Source of the DNA: Octopus vulgaris
Lineage: Eukaryota
DNA length: 64,000 bases
Direction: 5' to 3'
Assembly: GCA_951406725.2 (NCBI GenBank)
Contig: OX597816.1
Coordinates: forward strand, 86,738,001-86,802,000
Shown here: one piece after another, positions 1 through 14,340 of the stretch
Layout of the letters: every line of letters begins with the position of its first letter
Numbering within the stretch: the first letter of the stretch is position 1
Made by a program: the position numbers and the translations under genes
Notes under the pieces: generated by a model
The model's input: only the letters and a program-made list of their open reading frames with translations
Database searches by the model: none
Told to the model about the DNA's origin: nothing

Positions 1-16
1 GAAGGGAAGAAGGAGG

Positions 17-51
17 GTTTAACGTTTCGGGCGGAGCTCTTCGTCGGAAAC
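17..51 (-). ncRNA. Degenerate minimal type I hammerhead ribozyme motif
   Basis: Minus strand GTTT CCGACGA A GAGC TCC GCCC GAAA CG TT AAAC. Helix I GTTT/AAAC, core with U4C, palindromic AACGTT in place of helix III. Confidence 0.6.
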
Positions 52-127
52 ATAGGAGAAGGAAAGATCCAGAGAAAGGAAGACAGAGGGAAAAAATCGC
101 GAACGGAACACACGCAGTCAACGAGCA

Positions 128-455
128 AAAGCCCCCCATCCCACCCCGTCCAATGGATGGTGCTGAGTTGTCAAACATTTGTACCAAATTTTATCAAAAC
201 AACTTGTCCGACCGTTCCATAGGCCTCCCTTTTCGGCAACACTGATTTAACCTAAATTTGAGACACCAGCAAAAGAAGAAATAAAGATAGGTTTTATCGA
301 TGATGACATTCTCACCTGGAATCGATTTTTGTAATTTTTTCAAGACTTATACACCCCCTAATACTGTTGGTATCTACATATCAAATTTGAGCGTAATAGG
401 ATAGAGGATGCCCAAGATCCTAGAAGACACACACACAGACACACAGAACGGATTT

Positions 456-462
<7 letters not shown>
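128..462. mobile_element. Possible non-autonomous Helitron/Helentron-type interspersed element
   Basis: Ends CAAATTTGAGCGTAAT...ACACACAGACACACAGAACGGATTTTATATTATA into (TA)n, resembling DINE/HINE-type ends. Recognised by resemblance only. Confidence 0.3.
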
Positions 463-519
<57 letters not shown>

Positions 520-1624
520 ATGTAAACATTTTCTTCAAACTAGCCCTTTTCAATAAAAACACATAATCTAATAATTTAATACTATAAAACAGTACCACTC
601 ATTTAATACTTTATATCTAATAATCTAATATTCTATATTTTACTAACATAAGATTTAGCACTGAATAACTATAACTTAAGAAAACAAATAACCGCTATTC
701 GTCCAGTCCGGTCCACTTTTGTCTCTATTCACGAAATCCTTCCACTTCTGCCTTCCGACAACAATTAATCCCCTGTCGAGCTCCTATACTACATTTAACC
801 TTATACGGTAAATTCTCCTGATAGATAGATATATTTTTATATTTTTATATGTTTATAAGTTTATACTCTTTTATTTTTCTTAGTCCTATTGTTTTAGTTA
901 TCGCACTTACTTAATTATTTACTTGGTTTTAATTTTATTTTGCTCATTTACTTGCCCATAATGGCCATGGTTTATTTATTTATTTATTTGATTTGTTTTG
1001 TTTTATCGGTTAACCATCAACGAACCGTAACCACGCCATGGTTTTCAAAATAATAGCTGACCAATGTAGGACTGATCATGACCCCACCCCACTACACACA
1101 GGAATACCGAGACTTGTTGATCGGCAACAAATAACGAATACTAACACCACACTTTGGTCCCACCTGGTTCCTTACTCTCATTAGTACACTCATATTCCAA
1201 ATTTTCCCATGATGGGCTCACCATCATAGGCTGTTTATGCCATAACATCCGCAACGTTGCACCTTCCAGCTGGTACTTTACATATGAACTTTCACCTCCA
1301 TAACACGAACCATACCTTCAAATTCACCCCTGTATTTCTATGTAAACATTATGCGAACTACTGCCTAAATTCACCCTTCCTGAAAAACTACTCCTGGGAA
1401 CAACTATATTCACCTATCCACAATTGGGCGAAATGACATGGATCTTGGAATACATCACGGGAAGTCAGTAGCTTATTACCCTTCCTATTTATTTCTCTCT
1501 CTAGTTCCAGCTCAGAGCTGCGGCCATGCTGATGCACCGCCTATACCCAAATAATTTTAATAACTTGTGCTTCGCTAAAAGCGTACGTTATTCGACTTAG
1601 TAGATTAATACATAGATAGATAAA

Positions 1625-2237
1625 TAAAGAGATCAAGCTGTCTATATTTCTAAATCATCAGCTATATATAGGCATACGTGTGCACACGCACATACTCACA
1701 CATACATATACACACATACACGCACATATGTAATGCGACTTAAAGTTATATCGCATGATATGTAGCCAATATATAGATTAAGAGAATAGTGCAAAGAGAA
1801 ACCTTTCCCATCGCTAGTCTCTGTACTTAGAAACATCCCAGAATACATATAGGAAATTCAGGGGAGTTCCTTCATAGATTTTTATGTTACGTCTTCCTAC
1901 AAGTAATTTATAGCAATAATATCGCTTATGTAATAGGAAAACTCTTATAAGCAGATTATATTATGAAATCTTCAAAGACGGAGCAACACTCATAACTAAC
2001 TTTCATGACCTATAAAGGGTCTATGATTGAGTTATAATATTAACAGCTATAACTAATGATCATTACGCTGTCGGAAGTCCATTATAGTTTCTAGAGGCTG
2101 TTTATGTGTGTTATGCATTCTTTGAAGATTTGTCAATATAACTTGCTCATGATTTTGTGCATACATATCATTGTTAATGAAATACTTCTAATGTGACGCA
2201 ACTAGATAATTAATCATATATATACACACACACACAC

Positions 2238-2273
<36 letters not shown>

Positions 2274-2597
2274 TATATGTACACACTTTTATTCATCTCA
2301 GGCCGCGGTCATGCTGGACTTTTAACTGGTCACTGTGATTTTGCACTCCGTACGATTCTTCTTTGACTGAGTTCTTCAGGGTGATAGGATATCATGTCAC
2401 TACTCCCGTAACTAAAGAGAGATCAAACTGTCTATATTTCTAAATCGTTAGCTGTGTATAGGCATACGCGCGCACACGCACACACTCACACATACACAAA
2501 CATACACACACTTGCACACACAGATATGTAATGCGACTTAAAGCTATATCGCATGATGTATTCAATATAAAGATTAAGAGAATAATGCGAAGTGAAA
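1625..2597 (+). repeat. ~175-bp diverged direct repeat (1625-1800 and 2413-2597)
   Basis: Both copies read AGAGATCAA.CTGTCTATATTTCTAAATC...TATGTAATGCGACTTAAAG.TATATCGCATGAT...AGATTAAGAGAATA. Confidence 0.85.
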
Positions 2598-2616
2598 TCA
2601 TATCTCTCTCTCTCTA

Positions 2617-2770
2617 TTACGTCACCGTAAATAAGCGGTTCGGCAAAAGAGACCGACAGAATTAGTTCTAAACTTCAAAGAGGGTCGATTTGTTCGACTA
2701 TAGACTCTTCAAGGCGGTGCTCCAGCATGGCCGCAGTCAAATGATCGAAACAAGTAAAAGAATAAAAGAA
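2617..2770 (+). mobile_element. SINE 3' half with LINE-like tail
   Basis: GGTTCGGCAAAAGAGACCGACAGAATTAG...GGCGGTGCTCCAGCATGGCCGCAGTCAAATGATCGAAACAAGTAAAAGAATAAAAG. The same tail recurs several times in the window. Confidence 0.75.
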
Positions 2771-2969
2771 CACACACGCACACACACACACACACACAAA
2801 CATATGTATAAAGGATTGTGGGTAAAGCCAAAACAATGCGAAGTAAAGCCAGGTAAATCACAAAAAAGCAAATATGTGAATTAATTTAGACTTACCTTGT
2901 ATTCAATATTCCATATATATATATATAATTTGCGTTGTTAATTTGCACTTATACAGCTTAAAGGCAGAA

Positions 2970-3268
<299 letters not shown>

Positions 3269-3684
3269 TTATAAAATTATTGTAGGTGTCGCAATTTAAA
3301 TTTAAATAATCTCACCATGTGAGAACCGAAACCTATAAACGCTACATTCACGGGTTTATATATATATTACTTCACTGAAAGGTAGTGAAGAGGTATTGGT
3401 ACTGAGGTTTTAACAGAGATATTTGAATTAGAATCGTAGTAGGTGGCTATATTTATTATCATGTCTCTCATTTGATTCAACTCTTTTATCAGTATGTAAA
3501 TATAATAAAAACAATACATTCATCTCTATCTCAATATGTAATTAGCTTATATAAGCACTGGAAAATGTTTTCAAATGATTATATTTGTATCATGAATCAC
3601 AGTAGACCAGATGCGTGTCTCAATATGCATATCCATGCATAAGAATAAGTATATAACTACAATATGCATATCCGTGAATAATAA

Positions 3685-3879
3685 TGGTTTCAAATTTAGC
3701 CACAAGGGCAGCATTTTTGTGGAGAGGGGATGAGTCAACTGGTATTTATTTTATCGAACCTGAAAGGATAAAAGGCTAAATTGACCTCGACGGAATTTGA
3801 ACTCAGAATGTAAAGACGGATGAAATGCTGCTAGGCATTTTACCTGGCGTGCTAACGATTCTACCAGCTCGCTGCCTTG
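3685..3879 (-). mobile_element. tRNA-derived SINE (family with GCCTTTCATCCTTTCGGGGTCGATAAAATAAGTACC-like central domain)
   Basis: Minus strand AAGGCAGCGAGCTGGTAGAATCGTTAGCACGCC...GAGTTCAAATTCC (A and B boxes). Homologous to 8915-9113 and 62240-62447. Confidence 0.85.
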
Positions 3880-3891
3880 ATATGCATGCAT

Positions 3892-3973
3892 TATAATAAT
3901 AATAATAACAACAATAATAACAATAATAATAATAGTAGTAGTGATGACAATAATAATAGTAATAATAGTGATC

Positions 3974-4004
<31 letters not shown>

Positions 4005-4008
4005 GAAT

Positions 4009-4095
<87 letters not shown>

Positions 4096-4120
4096 TATAA
4101 TAATAACAATAATAATAAGT
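3892..4120 (+). repeat. (AAT)n/(GAT)n compound microsatellite
   Basis: Direct reading. It explains the poly-N/I/Y ORFs here. Confidence 0.97.
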
Positions 4121-4189
4121 ATTATAAGTACATCCATGTATAAATAACAAGTATAATAAAGAAAAAGACTCAGCCTCGGTGGGAGGGAC

Positions 4190-5217
4190 ATGTGTCCGAC
4201 AGGTACCATTCGTTCCGTGGTATCTTAACATTTTCTTTTTCGTTTAAGGTGAAGCCATGGCGCTGTGAACGATAGAGCATCGCGTGTTTGCCTACGACAG
4301 TTACGTGAAGAATAACGAGTTTGTCACAGCAGTTCAGCGTGAGTTTCGGCGCCAATTCAACATTTACCGAAATCAGGCTTTTTCCACCGGTAAAATACAG
4401 CCTTATGTAGGATGAATGCACTTTCTAGACGAGGTACACAAATGAATAGGAGATTGGTGGGGTGCAACAAAAGATACGGACCCCTGAAAATGTGGAACGC
4501 GTCAGACAATCTTTGATACGGTGTCCGAATCGCACTGATCGGAGGCATCCCACTGAACTTGGCTTCGGAAAGCGATCGATAAGGCGTATTTTTCATGATG
4601 ATCACTCGTACAAATTGGTCATTGGGCAACAGTTGAAACCATGGGACTATGCACAGCGGCTTAATTTCGCACGTCAGATGGGGGTAATTTTTTAGGCAAA
4701 TGACAACCTCATTTTGTTAATGAGTGGTGAAGTTCATCTTCATCTCAATAGCGTGATGAATCAACAGAACTGTCACTATTGGGCTCTTGAAAATCCTAGA
4801 GAATTGCACGAAAGACCACTGCAAGGCCTCTCTTCGATTACCGCCTCATTTCTAGGTTTCTTGATAATTTCTGGCCCCCTCGGTCCATGTCTGATTATTT
4901 CTTGTGGGCAAACCTCAAGGTACGTGCGTATGCACAAAAGCCCCGTATATCGGACGACTTGAAGAAAGCTATTCGCGTGGAAGTCGCCCAAATCGACGAC
5001 AGAGCTATGCTGGAGGGAATTGAGGCTAACTTCGAAGAAAGCCTTCAGAAATGCATCAATGAAAACGGACAGCACATGATGGGTATGGTTTTCAACACTT
5101 GGTTTTGAAAAATGCTAATTCAATAAATACACATTGATGTCAATGAAATTTGTTTGCAGCTAAAATTAATGATTTTGTCAATTTTTCAAAGACGTCCTTC
5201 CTCACTGCCCCACCCTG
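4190..5217 (+). mobile_element. Decayed Tc1/mariner-superfamily transposon (DUF4817-type N-terminus, DD41D/rosa-like), internally deleted
   Basis: Broken frames from ATG 4257: EHRVFAYDSYVKNNEFVTAVQREFRRQF, RTPENVERVRQSLIR, LMSGEVHLHLNSVMNQQNCHYWALENPRELHERPL, SDYFLWANLKVRAY. Right end CCCCACCCTG+TA. Left TIR not recognised. Confidence 0.85.
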
Positions 5218-5818
5218 TATTAAGCGGTCAAAGATCATATTAACCAATGTGAGTATGTAAAAGTTACGATTCAATAAAGCAAATATGGTATACTATTGTT
5301 AGATGTTTCATTGTATCATTTAATTTGTAATCTTTTGTTTGAATTGTATTTTACAGAACGGCTACTCAATATTTGACAACGAACCTTTCGCAGTATATAA
5401 TGGAGGTGTAACACACTGCGTTATATCTTTGTGTGTGTGTGTGCATACATCAAATATGTATATATTTGCGTTAGTTAATGGTGTACAAAATATTGTCGGC
5501 ATATTTCTAAGTGTAAAACGTGATTCAACATATAATAAATAATGAAATAAATGCTACTTCATGTATTAGAGAATATAGATTTTTATAAATATATGTTGAC
5601 GTATTGGAAGATACACAAGTAATTATAGAATCATACAGGTAATTATAGAAACATCAGTGTGCATGCGTCTTAGAACATATAATTCAAGAAGGTTCATTTT
5701 TATATTTAATATTTATAAATCATATATACTCATACACACACACACATGTGATTATACAGGAATATGGACAGACAAAGACATATTTTATATGTATGCATGA
5801 ATAAATATATCTTATATG

Positions 5819-5858
5819 CCTGTCCGATGAACGGCAACGGGAAACTCAGAGTGACAGG
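5819..5858 (+). ncRNA. Degenerate minimal hammerhead motif upstream of (TA)n
   Basis: CCTGT CCGATGA ACGGCAACGG GAAA CTC A GAG TG ACAGG. Helix I CCTGT/ACAGG. U4C and G at position 17, so probably inactive. Confidence 0.6.
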
Positions 5859-5889
5859 TTTTGTTGAATTTTCTGCTGCTTTAAATAAA

Positions 5890-5953
<64 letters not shown>

Positions 5954-7627
5954 TGTTTTAAGTTTTCTTTTACCAAGCCTCATGATATTGCTCCTAATAA
6001 ATCTTGATTTTTATGACTATACCAACCATGATGTCTGTCTGCTCCCTAATAGATACTGGCCTGTTCTTTTGAGCCTTAGATATACAAGGGATTTGATAAA
6101 CTCGTCTATAAATTAAAACTGACACCATAAAAACAAAAAAAATGTCATTGACAGAGTCTGTAACAATGTATATCTACTTGAAAATTCAGTAACTTCTAAA
6201 CTGGAGTAAGACAGCATGTTCTTTGTCTATCTCCTTAACTTCTTGTAGATTTTAGGTATAATTATACTAATGTGTCCATCTGTTCTAATTTAACTAAATT
6301 CTGTCTTTGTGCAGCTGAAGATCGCTTTGCATTTCAAATTGATGTAATGATTGCATTGTTCAATTAAATGGAGTTGCATGAAACGATCGCATTGCATTAC
6401 TTCTGGATATCCTTGTTGCTTATTTTGATATAGACATATATATATATATATATATAAATATAGATAGATCCATACCTCGGTGTGTGTACGAAGGTCGTTG
6501 GTGGTGCTTGTGTGTGTCTGCTCTGCGTGTGTCGGGGGTACTTGTGTGTGTCTGCTCTGTATGTGTGTGCGCGCGCGTGTGCATGTGTGTGTGTGTGTTT
6601 TTAGTCATGTTTTGGTGTTTGAAAATGTGTCAACTTACAAAATAGCTACACGGACGACGTGAAGAAAACTCGGTACATAGAAAAGAGTAAATATATTGCG
6701 ATCCTTAGCTTATCTCAGATTAATTTACACCCGCCAGAGTAGCGTTCTTGCTGTATATGATTCAATAGTGCAGTAGAATGTAATGATTTGTTTCAGCTTT
6801 CAGTATAGCTGGAACTTAGCTTTCAGCCGGTTAACCTCGGGCGTTGTGACGGTTTATATGCCATGTAAATTATTACCTGGTGCGTCATATCATAGTTATA
6901 GAGATAATATTTACGTTCACAACGACACACACTCTTGCATACAATCATTTAAAAAAATATTTATCGTTTTATTTCATACTTGGAGTACTTGCGAAAAGTG
7001 GTATAAACCGTTTTTCTGTTAATATACTTCTTAATGTAGATCTTAATACAGAACGTTAGCGTTTAAAACTGATTTGATTCTTATTTGATGGACATTAAGC
7101 ATTCAATAGTAGATTCGTTGTTCGTGTAACGACTCTTAAAACGTCCCTCTCAATTACCCATGTATGATTTGATTAGTTCAATTCGTCGATAATGAACAAT
7201 CATATCATCCTGTTAAACTATGAATTGTAATTACAGAAGACTAAACTAATAACGCAGCTGCATCCTTCTCGTTAGTTGTCTCACCTGTCACCATTTGGTT
7301 GGTAACAGGTAACTTAATACTTTAATACTTGAACAGCAGATTATTGTGTACTGTGATATCTTTTAAATTAATTTGCTTATATTCTGTTGAAATTTATCTT
7401 TAAAATAGAATATCATTGAAGACAGCTTAGTCAAGGATCTTGGAATAGTTAATTTTCTAGTTGTAAGTACATCAGATCTATTTCTTCACACTTTATAGTA
7501 TCTTCGCAACAAATTATTTCTTTGAATGTACTGTTCTCTAAGGCCCTATTTTTAAGAGTTAGCTGCTCTCCCGCACGTCGTTTACTATATATTGGAAATC
7601 ATTTCAGTTAAACTGTTAACAATGGAC

Positions 7628-7810
7628 TCCAGTGCTCAACAGGTACTTAATATTATTATCGACATTCAAAAGGATGAAAGATGTCAACGTTGAGATAAAA
7701 TTTGCCTTTCGTCCTTTCGGGATGGATAAAATAAATACCATTTGAGTACTGGGGTTGATATAATTGACTTAGCTCTACCTTCAAAGTGCTGGCCTTGAGC
7801 CAAAGTAAGA
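7628..7810. mobile_element. Two opposed SINE central-domain fragments
   Basis: GGTACTTA...ATCGAC...AAAGGATGAAAG (minus) followed by TTTGCCTTTCGTCCTTTCGGGATGGATAAAATAAATACC (plus). Confidence 0.65.
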
Positions 7811-8914
7811 TAGAAAAAATCTTCACTATAGCTCCGTCTTAGAAGTCTTAGTCAAGCAGTTATAACTCGTTCTAAGAAAAGCCGAAATAGCATTAGCTTT
7901 CAGAGACCTCGTATTTAATAATAGTATGACAGATCCACTACATGGTTGTTCACCACGCTAAATATGGCTGTAATGAGAACTTCAAATTGTTGAATAAATC
8001 CCCACCCCGAAAGAAGGGAAGGACAAGATGGATAATGTAGTCGTAAATCAATTACGTATATGAGAAAAGAAAGGCGATCATGGCAGATGTAACTTTTTGA
8101 TTATTAACCTCATTAAAAATATTGTTCAAGTCTTCTCTTTAGTATTCGCTCCTGACGAATTTCCAAGAAGGTATTAAGACAAATCAGCTTATCTAAAGTG
8201 TGAATACTCTGAGAAAAATTATAACGGTTGATTAAGATTTATTACGTAAATGAAACCTAGTGAAATCACCATAATAGAAAAAGAAAAGCAAAAACAAAAA
8301 ATGAAAAGTCAGTTAAGAAGCGAATAGAAATACAAAAATGTTACTATGAGAAAGAGGAAGTGGCGAGATGGAAAGAAAGAAAGAAAAAAGAAAACCGACA
8401 GGTAATGCTTCTTTTAATTATACCTTAGTGCATCATAAAATTTTTAACGTCAAACGAGAATATATTTATGATGGAAAAGAAATAAAAGTAACTAGGAAAA
8501 AAATTAAACGTATGACACTGAGATTATTAGACTGAATCAGGACAGAATGAGTATGGAGACTTCGGAACAGAAAAAAAGGGTGTTTGTGAGGGCAGGATGT
8601 GAGACGCTAGAGAACTGCTGTATTTCTTAAGTGGAGTGAAAAGAGAGAGAGACAGAATGAGAAGAGTAGAAGTCAGAAAAAATATAAGCAAGTAGGACTA
8701 AAAGGAAAATAAAGTGATGGTAGAAATGTTGAGTAACACTAAATGATTGCTTACAAAAAGCAGGAAGAGGAAGAAATTATCAATAAAACGAAGACAACGT
8801 AGAATATCTAAAAACATCAGAAAATAACAGTAAAGTTAAAATGAAAATTTCTCAATAAATCAAAAGCTGATCCAGGAAAATTAAGTCGATGTTTCTCAAT
8901 ACAAAGCAGTCACA

Positions 8915-9113
8915 AAGGCAGTGAGCTGGAAGAATCGTTAGCTCACCAGACAAAATTCTTAACAGCATTCTGTCCCTTTTCAAGTTCTGAGTTCAAAGTT
9001 TGCCTTTCATCATTTCAGAGCTGATACAATAAGTACCATTTGAGTACTGGGATCGATGTAATCGACTTACTTCCCTTCCTCGAAATTACTGGCCTTGTGC
9101 CAAAATTTGAAAA
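8915..9113 (+). mobile_element. tRNA-derived SINE
   Basis: AAGGCAGTGAGCTGGAAGAATCGTTAGC...GAGTTCAAAG...TGCCTTTCATCATTTC...GGCCTTGTGCCAAAATTTGAAA. Confidence 0.85.
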
Positions 9114-10759
9114 CACTGTAAAATACTCGAAAAATGACATTGTGATACTATTAAATCAAAACACGCATGACAGATTACTAAATATTTATAGTGGTTTGTG
9201 ACTTCCTTTGAACATCATTGATTGATTAGAAAGGCTTTTAAACATAACTCCGTAGAATTACCAAATGAATTTAAGAATGTCTAGAAAATTAGAAAAGACC
9301 GAAGTTGTTCTAAGCAATGGTAGTGAATTCAGCTTCAATTAAATCGGGTAAAATTTCTAATTTTAAATAGATACCTTCAAAAATCTCGAGACCAGCATTT
9401 TCATTTAATATGGCTAACTTACAGGGAACGCCTGCTACAAGTGGTGCCCATCGTTGTAACATATTTGCCGCTTATATTTAAGAGAACAAACAAATAATGC
9501 CATTGCCGGGTCCTTCAGTTATTCGAAACCCTGTAAAAGAACTCGACAGGTTGGGCTTCCTTTCACGATACCCTAAAAGCCATCAGGTTTTCAGCACAGC
9601 CCGTCTTATGTATGTGTGTGTCTGTCTGTCTGTTTGAGTGCGCACGCGTGTGTGTGCCTCTGTGTGTGTGGGTGTGTGTGTGTGCGTGTGTTTGTGTCTG
9701 TGTGTGTGTGTGTGCGTGTGTGCGTGTGGCTATGCTAATATACATTACATGTTATTGGAATTTGTATTAGTGAACATTTGTGTTAGTGAATAATGAATAG
9801 TTTTGGAAAAACATTGGCATGGTTGCAGTACATTTTGTGAGATATGAAAAATATTAGAAATTCCAAAGAGGCCACCAACTGCTGTACCTCCTCACTGTCC
9901 GTCTTTATTGCCAATAAATGAATGTAAGTACGCATGCAGTGTTTTGCTAATGGATTATTTTTCTATCAAAGTTGATATTTCTATCAAAGTTATCATTTAT
10001 AAACCTTCTTTCGATTTATATAATATAAAGCAATAGTGTTTTGTTCGGCTTCTCGTTAATACAGGAATTCCATATATATTTTAAATGATTTATATTTAAA
10101 ACTCTTCAGCTGTCATCAATAATTTTCAAAAATTTCAGCAGACATGTTAATATATACTTTTAGTTATACTGTCAAAATAGTTTCTTTTAATTTCTATCTC
10201 GATAACAAATAATTATTTGAATAAAAATTAATGCCATCAACTCCTGTTTAACACAACTTTAACGACTGTTATTAATCATAAGGTCTCGCAAGAATTTGTC
10301 ACATTCTAAACCAGCTGAAGAAATGAAAGCGTTGGAGGTTACCAGAAGGTATATGTTGACGCATATTCTCAATGCAAATATGTTGGCATTCATTGTTTTT
10401 GTATGTACATTTTATATGAATATTGGTCATATTCTCAACTAAATTCTAATTAGTTTTTCACAAAACACAGTGAATAGATGCTACTACTAAAGAATTACAG
10501 GTGTAACTTTTAAGCTGCAAGTGTAATTTGTTTGCAAAACTCACATAATGTTACATGCACATAAATATATAAAAATTGGAATGTTTGAATATAAATTTAT
10601 TTAGTTACGTCATATTAAACCTTTCGTTGTATAACGGATGTTGTTAATGAAATTCGTGTAACACAAAACAACTAAATACTTTATAAACAAAACCTACAGT
10701 TGGAAGTGAAAACTATAAATAATACGAGTGTCTTATTAACAATTTAACAACCAATTGGT

Positions 10760-11370
10760 AAATTTATAGACATCGCTAAAGTGAGTTGAGCTTAACCCTA
10801 GACGCGTTAAGAGCCACCAATGAGAATTAAGATGCTCTGAATAAAAATTTGAAATCACCGGTGATACGGTTATGCCTGCAACTGTAAAGAGCTTTGTCTC
10901 CTCTGTCAGTTTATTAAGATATTACTCTTGCCACTAAGAGTTGGTTTGCCTCTTATTTCTAGCAATGACAGTAACACTTTGTACCCTCTGTCATTTTAGT
11001 GACGTCTATAAATTTGGTTGTTAAATTGCTAAAAAGCCACCCATATTATTTATAGTTTTCGCTTCTAACGTTTTGGAAATCAGCACGTTTCAATGGATTT
11101 TCTTATAAGATGATGACGATAGTTGAGCTTAACCCTAGACGCGGTAAGAGCCAACGATGAAAATTAAGAGGCTCTGCATCAAACTTCGAAATCATCACCA
11201 GTGGTATGGCTGTGTCTACGACCGTAGGGAGCTTTGTCAGCTTATTAAGATGATGCTTTTGTGGCCAATGAGTTACCGATACGACTTTGTAACCTCTGTG
11301 ACTTTAGTGACATCTATAAATTTGCCTTTAAGTTGATGAATTGGTAATAAGCCACCCATGTTATTTATAT
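10760..11370. repeat. MITE-like family with diverged tandem duplication (~10785-11055 and ~11141-11370)
   Basis: AGTTGAGCTTAACCCTAGACGCG.TAAGAGCCA and CCTCTGT..TTTAGTGAC.TCTATAAATTTG each occur twice. AAATTTATAGACATCGCTAAAGTGA at 10761 is the inverted partner. Confidence 0.7.
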
Positions 11371-13400
11371 TAAGGCGCGCGCACACATACACACACACAC
11401 ACTATGATACTTCTAACGATGATTGAAGTACAATGCATCAGATCGAAGCTTTCTGTTTCATTACATAAGAATGCACGTAGGCTTCTAATTACTGATTATA
11501 TATATATATATATATATATATATGCGTGTGTGTGTGTGTGTGTCGTGCAATTTTAATTTTAAATGAACTATATATCTATAAAAACAAACAAAGAGAGCAA
11601 ATCAAGGATGATTAGCGTGCTTGCAATACAATGGCGACTACCTTTTCTGTTAGCAAAATTTTATATGTTAATAATCTCCGAGTAAAGATATAAAACCTTA
11701 ATGATAACTTTCTTGTTTACCTATGGAAGTCTCTCATCTTATAAATCATACTTATGTGGTACATTACTCTATAATAATTGGTGTACTAATTTGTAATAAG
11801 CGCACAAATACAATGTTATTCTTATCCCCAGGAGAACGATATTTTATGGATGGTTTCAGCGCAAATATTGACAGTGAATGTGATGTTCTGCCTTGAATTG
11901 CTTCTGCATCTTTCTGATCAAGCAACTATTAGCCACGTTTGAATTAAACTAAAAAATGAAACGGTGGCTTTTTTCTTTTCAATCCAAGGTAATGAAATAA
12001 TTTCCTCTAATGATTTTACAACAGTCTGTAAATTCAATTTTTATGTCCAAGTGTTGGAAAATTTCTTCATTTTTTAACCTTTTTCCGACTATTTTATCCC
12101 GTGTTATAGAACCTGAAAATGCAAGTGTTAATAGATCTAAGGATTCTTGCAATTAGAACTAAAAGATTCCCTTTTATACTACATTAAAATTACTTCTCAT
12201 TAACAACCAATTCAAAATATTGTGCAACACGATTTCACTCCTGTAAATCAAATAATGGGAAAATAATTTAATTTCTCATTCTTTGCAAGAGCAGTTCAAT
12301 GGTGCAGCTCCAATATATTAGGGACAATTATGAAGTTTAGTTGAGATTAGATGGTTCAATTGATTGATTTGGATAACTTAAACAATCAGAGGTTTTCAAT
12401 GAGCTAAAAGACGAAAATCAAAGTCGACTTGTTATTTATGTATATATTTATTTATATGTACATATATGTGAGTATTTTTATCAACTATATGTATGTATAT
12501 ATAATTCACTTGTCACTAATTGTAACTGACGGTGCAGAATAGCACCTACATTGCTAGAAATAAAAGTTTAAAATATTTTGGCCACAAGGAAGCACAGTTC
12601 CATACACCGATACGCGCTATAACTGCACCACAGCGAGCGAGATCACTATAATAGTTTCGCTTAAAATTAAAGCCCATCAATAGTGACAACTCCATTGCTG
12701 GATGCTTTGGCTAAATCCCAATCGTTAGTATATAGTATTTACCATATGAATCAATGGGTAATGTTTGCATGTACAATATTTGCATGTATATCTTCAATTG
12801 ATAACAAATATACAGTCAAATTCATATAGAATTTTCATTGGTGGAATTTCAAAAAAATTGTAATGTTAATTTTTGTTGAGGGCTATTTTGTGAAATATAA
12901 TTCCGTAGATAACGAATAGATTGTATATATGGTATATATGCTTAAGATGATCTCAAAGCATTTTAAAGCCTTTTTACCACATTGTTTTTTGGGACCTTGC
13001 AAAACACTCCAGATTCCAAAATTCTGTAAGAACAACTGCTTTCCCGCTTCTGTACTTAGTTCTCTTTCTCCTTTAGAAAATTCTAGGCTGGAGCTTTAAT
13101 ATATATTCGAAACAAAACAGCCAACCAGAAATTGATGAATTTGGAAATATAACTGTGACAGCATTGTGTATTGTTGTTTTTTTTTAATACTATTTTGCTG
13201 GCTGAAGGACAAATACTCGGACAAAAATCATGAATAGTGACTAAAATTACCAAAACTTTCCAAAGATATTTAAACACAGAGATGAATCGTTAATTATATT
13301 AATTATTTTTTAAAAAACTAATAATATGTAATCATGTATGTGTGGTGTGTCTATATGAACATGTACATATATAGATTTCTTTGAGTGTGTGTGCGACCCA

Positions 13401-13826
13401 TATGACATCAGGACAGTATTCAAGAATAATACAACACTTCGTGAATATCTCCTCCGAGTAAAACCATCAATAGAAAAGAATATGACCAACGACTGCGTGT
13501 ACTGCATTCCATGCAGCTGTGGTAGGTTATAGAAAGACGAAACATGCTGCCCCCTCAAAATAAGGGTAGACGAACTTCGCAAAGCTGCGACGCGAGGTGA
13601 TATTGATGTATCGGGTATAGTTGATAAGGCAAAGAAAAATAGAGACCACCACTCCTTGTGGGATGAAGTTAAAATAATAGACAGAGAACACCACTGGAAA
13701 ATAGGAAAACTAAAAGAAGCAGTACATATACTAGGACCTAACAACCTCCTAAGCAGACCGAGTGCAGATTTGAGCAGCATATGGGAACCGGTATTAAGGA
13801 AGGATAGGAAAATATTAGATTTATAA
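13401..13826 (+). mobile_element. Penelope-like retroelement 3' fragment (GIY-YIG endonuclease pseudogene)
   Basis: Plus-frame YDIRTVFKNNTTLREYLLRVKP...CVYCIPCSCGRL*KDETCCPLKIRVDELRK...WDEVKIIDREHHWKIGKLKEAVHI...SIWEPVL. The listed minus ORF 13310-13855 is its antisense shadow. Confidence 0.9.
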
Positions 13827-13859
13827 GCCCTAAAATTCACTCCATAATAGCCCACCGAT

Positions 13860-13935
13860 ATATGGCGTTGTGGTTAAGAGCGCGGGCTAATAACCCCAAG
13901 AATCCGAGTTCGATTCCAGGCAGTGACCTGAAAAA
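13860..13935 (+). mobile_element. tRNA-like Pol III module directly 3' of the Penelope ORF
   Basis: TGGCGTTGTGGTTAAGAGCGCGGGCTAATAACCCCAAGAATCCGAGTTCGATTCCAGGCAGTGACCTGAA with A and B boxes. Closely similar to 43985-44056. Confidence 0.8.
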
Positions 13936-13984
13936 TAGTAGGAACGCATGTGCATCTTCATACGCTGAATCATGATTTTGACAC

Positions 13985-14340
13985 AAATACTGCGGCCATG
14001 CTAGAGCACTGCCTGGAAGTGTTTTAGTCGAATGTTTCGACCCCAGGGCTTATATATTAAGCCAATTATTATTTTAACCGATCGATTCTTTTGTCGATCC
14101 GCTAAGTTACGGATACGTAAATACACCAACAGCGGTTGTCGGGCGTTGATGGAGGACAAATACAAAGACACACATCTGTATATATATATATGACGGACTA
14201 CTTTCAGTTTCCATTTACCAAATCCACTCACAAGATTTTGGTCGGCCCGAGTCTATAGTGGAAGACACTCGTCAAGCAGTGAGATTAAACCTGGAACAAT
14301 GTGAATGGGAAGCACGCTTCTTGCCACACAGCCACACCTG
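13985..14340 (-). mobile_element. tRNA-derived SINE, near full length
   Basis: Plus strand TTTCAGTTTCC...CCAAATCCACTCACAAG...GTCGGCCCGAG.CTATAGT.GAAGACAC...CTTCTTGCCACACAGCCAC. LINE-like tail at 13990-14012. Confidence 0.85.

Noticed and set aside
6000-6420. Minus-strand RVYQIPC, GIY-YIG-like
   Set aside because: A single short motif without the rest of the domain; too weak to call.
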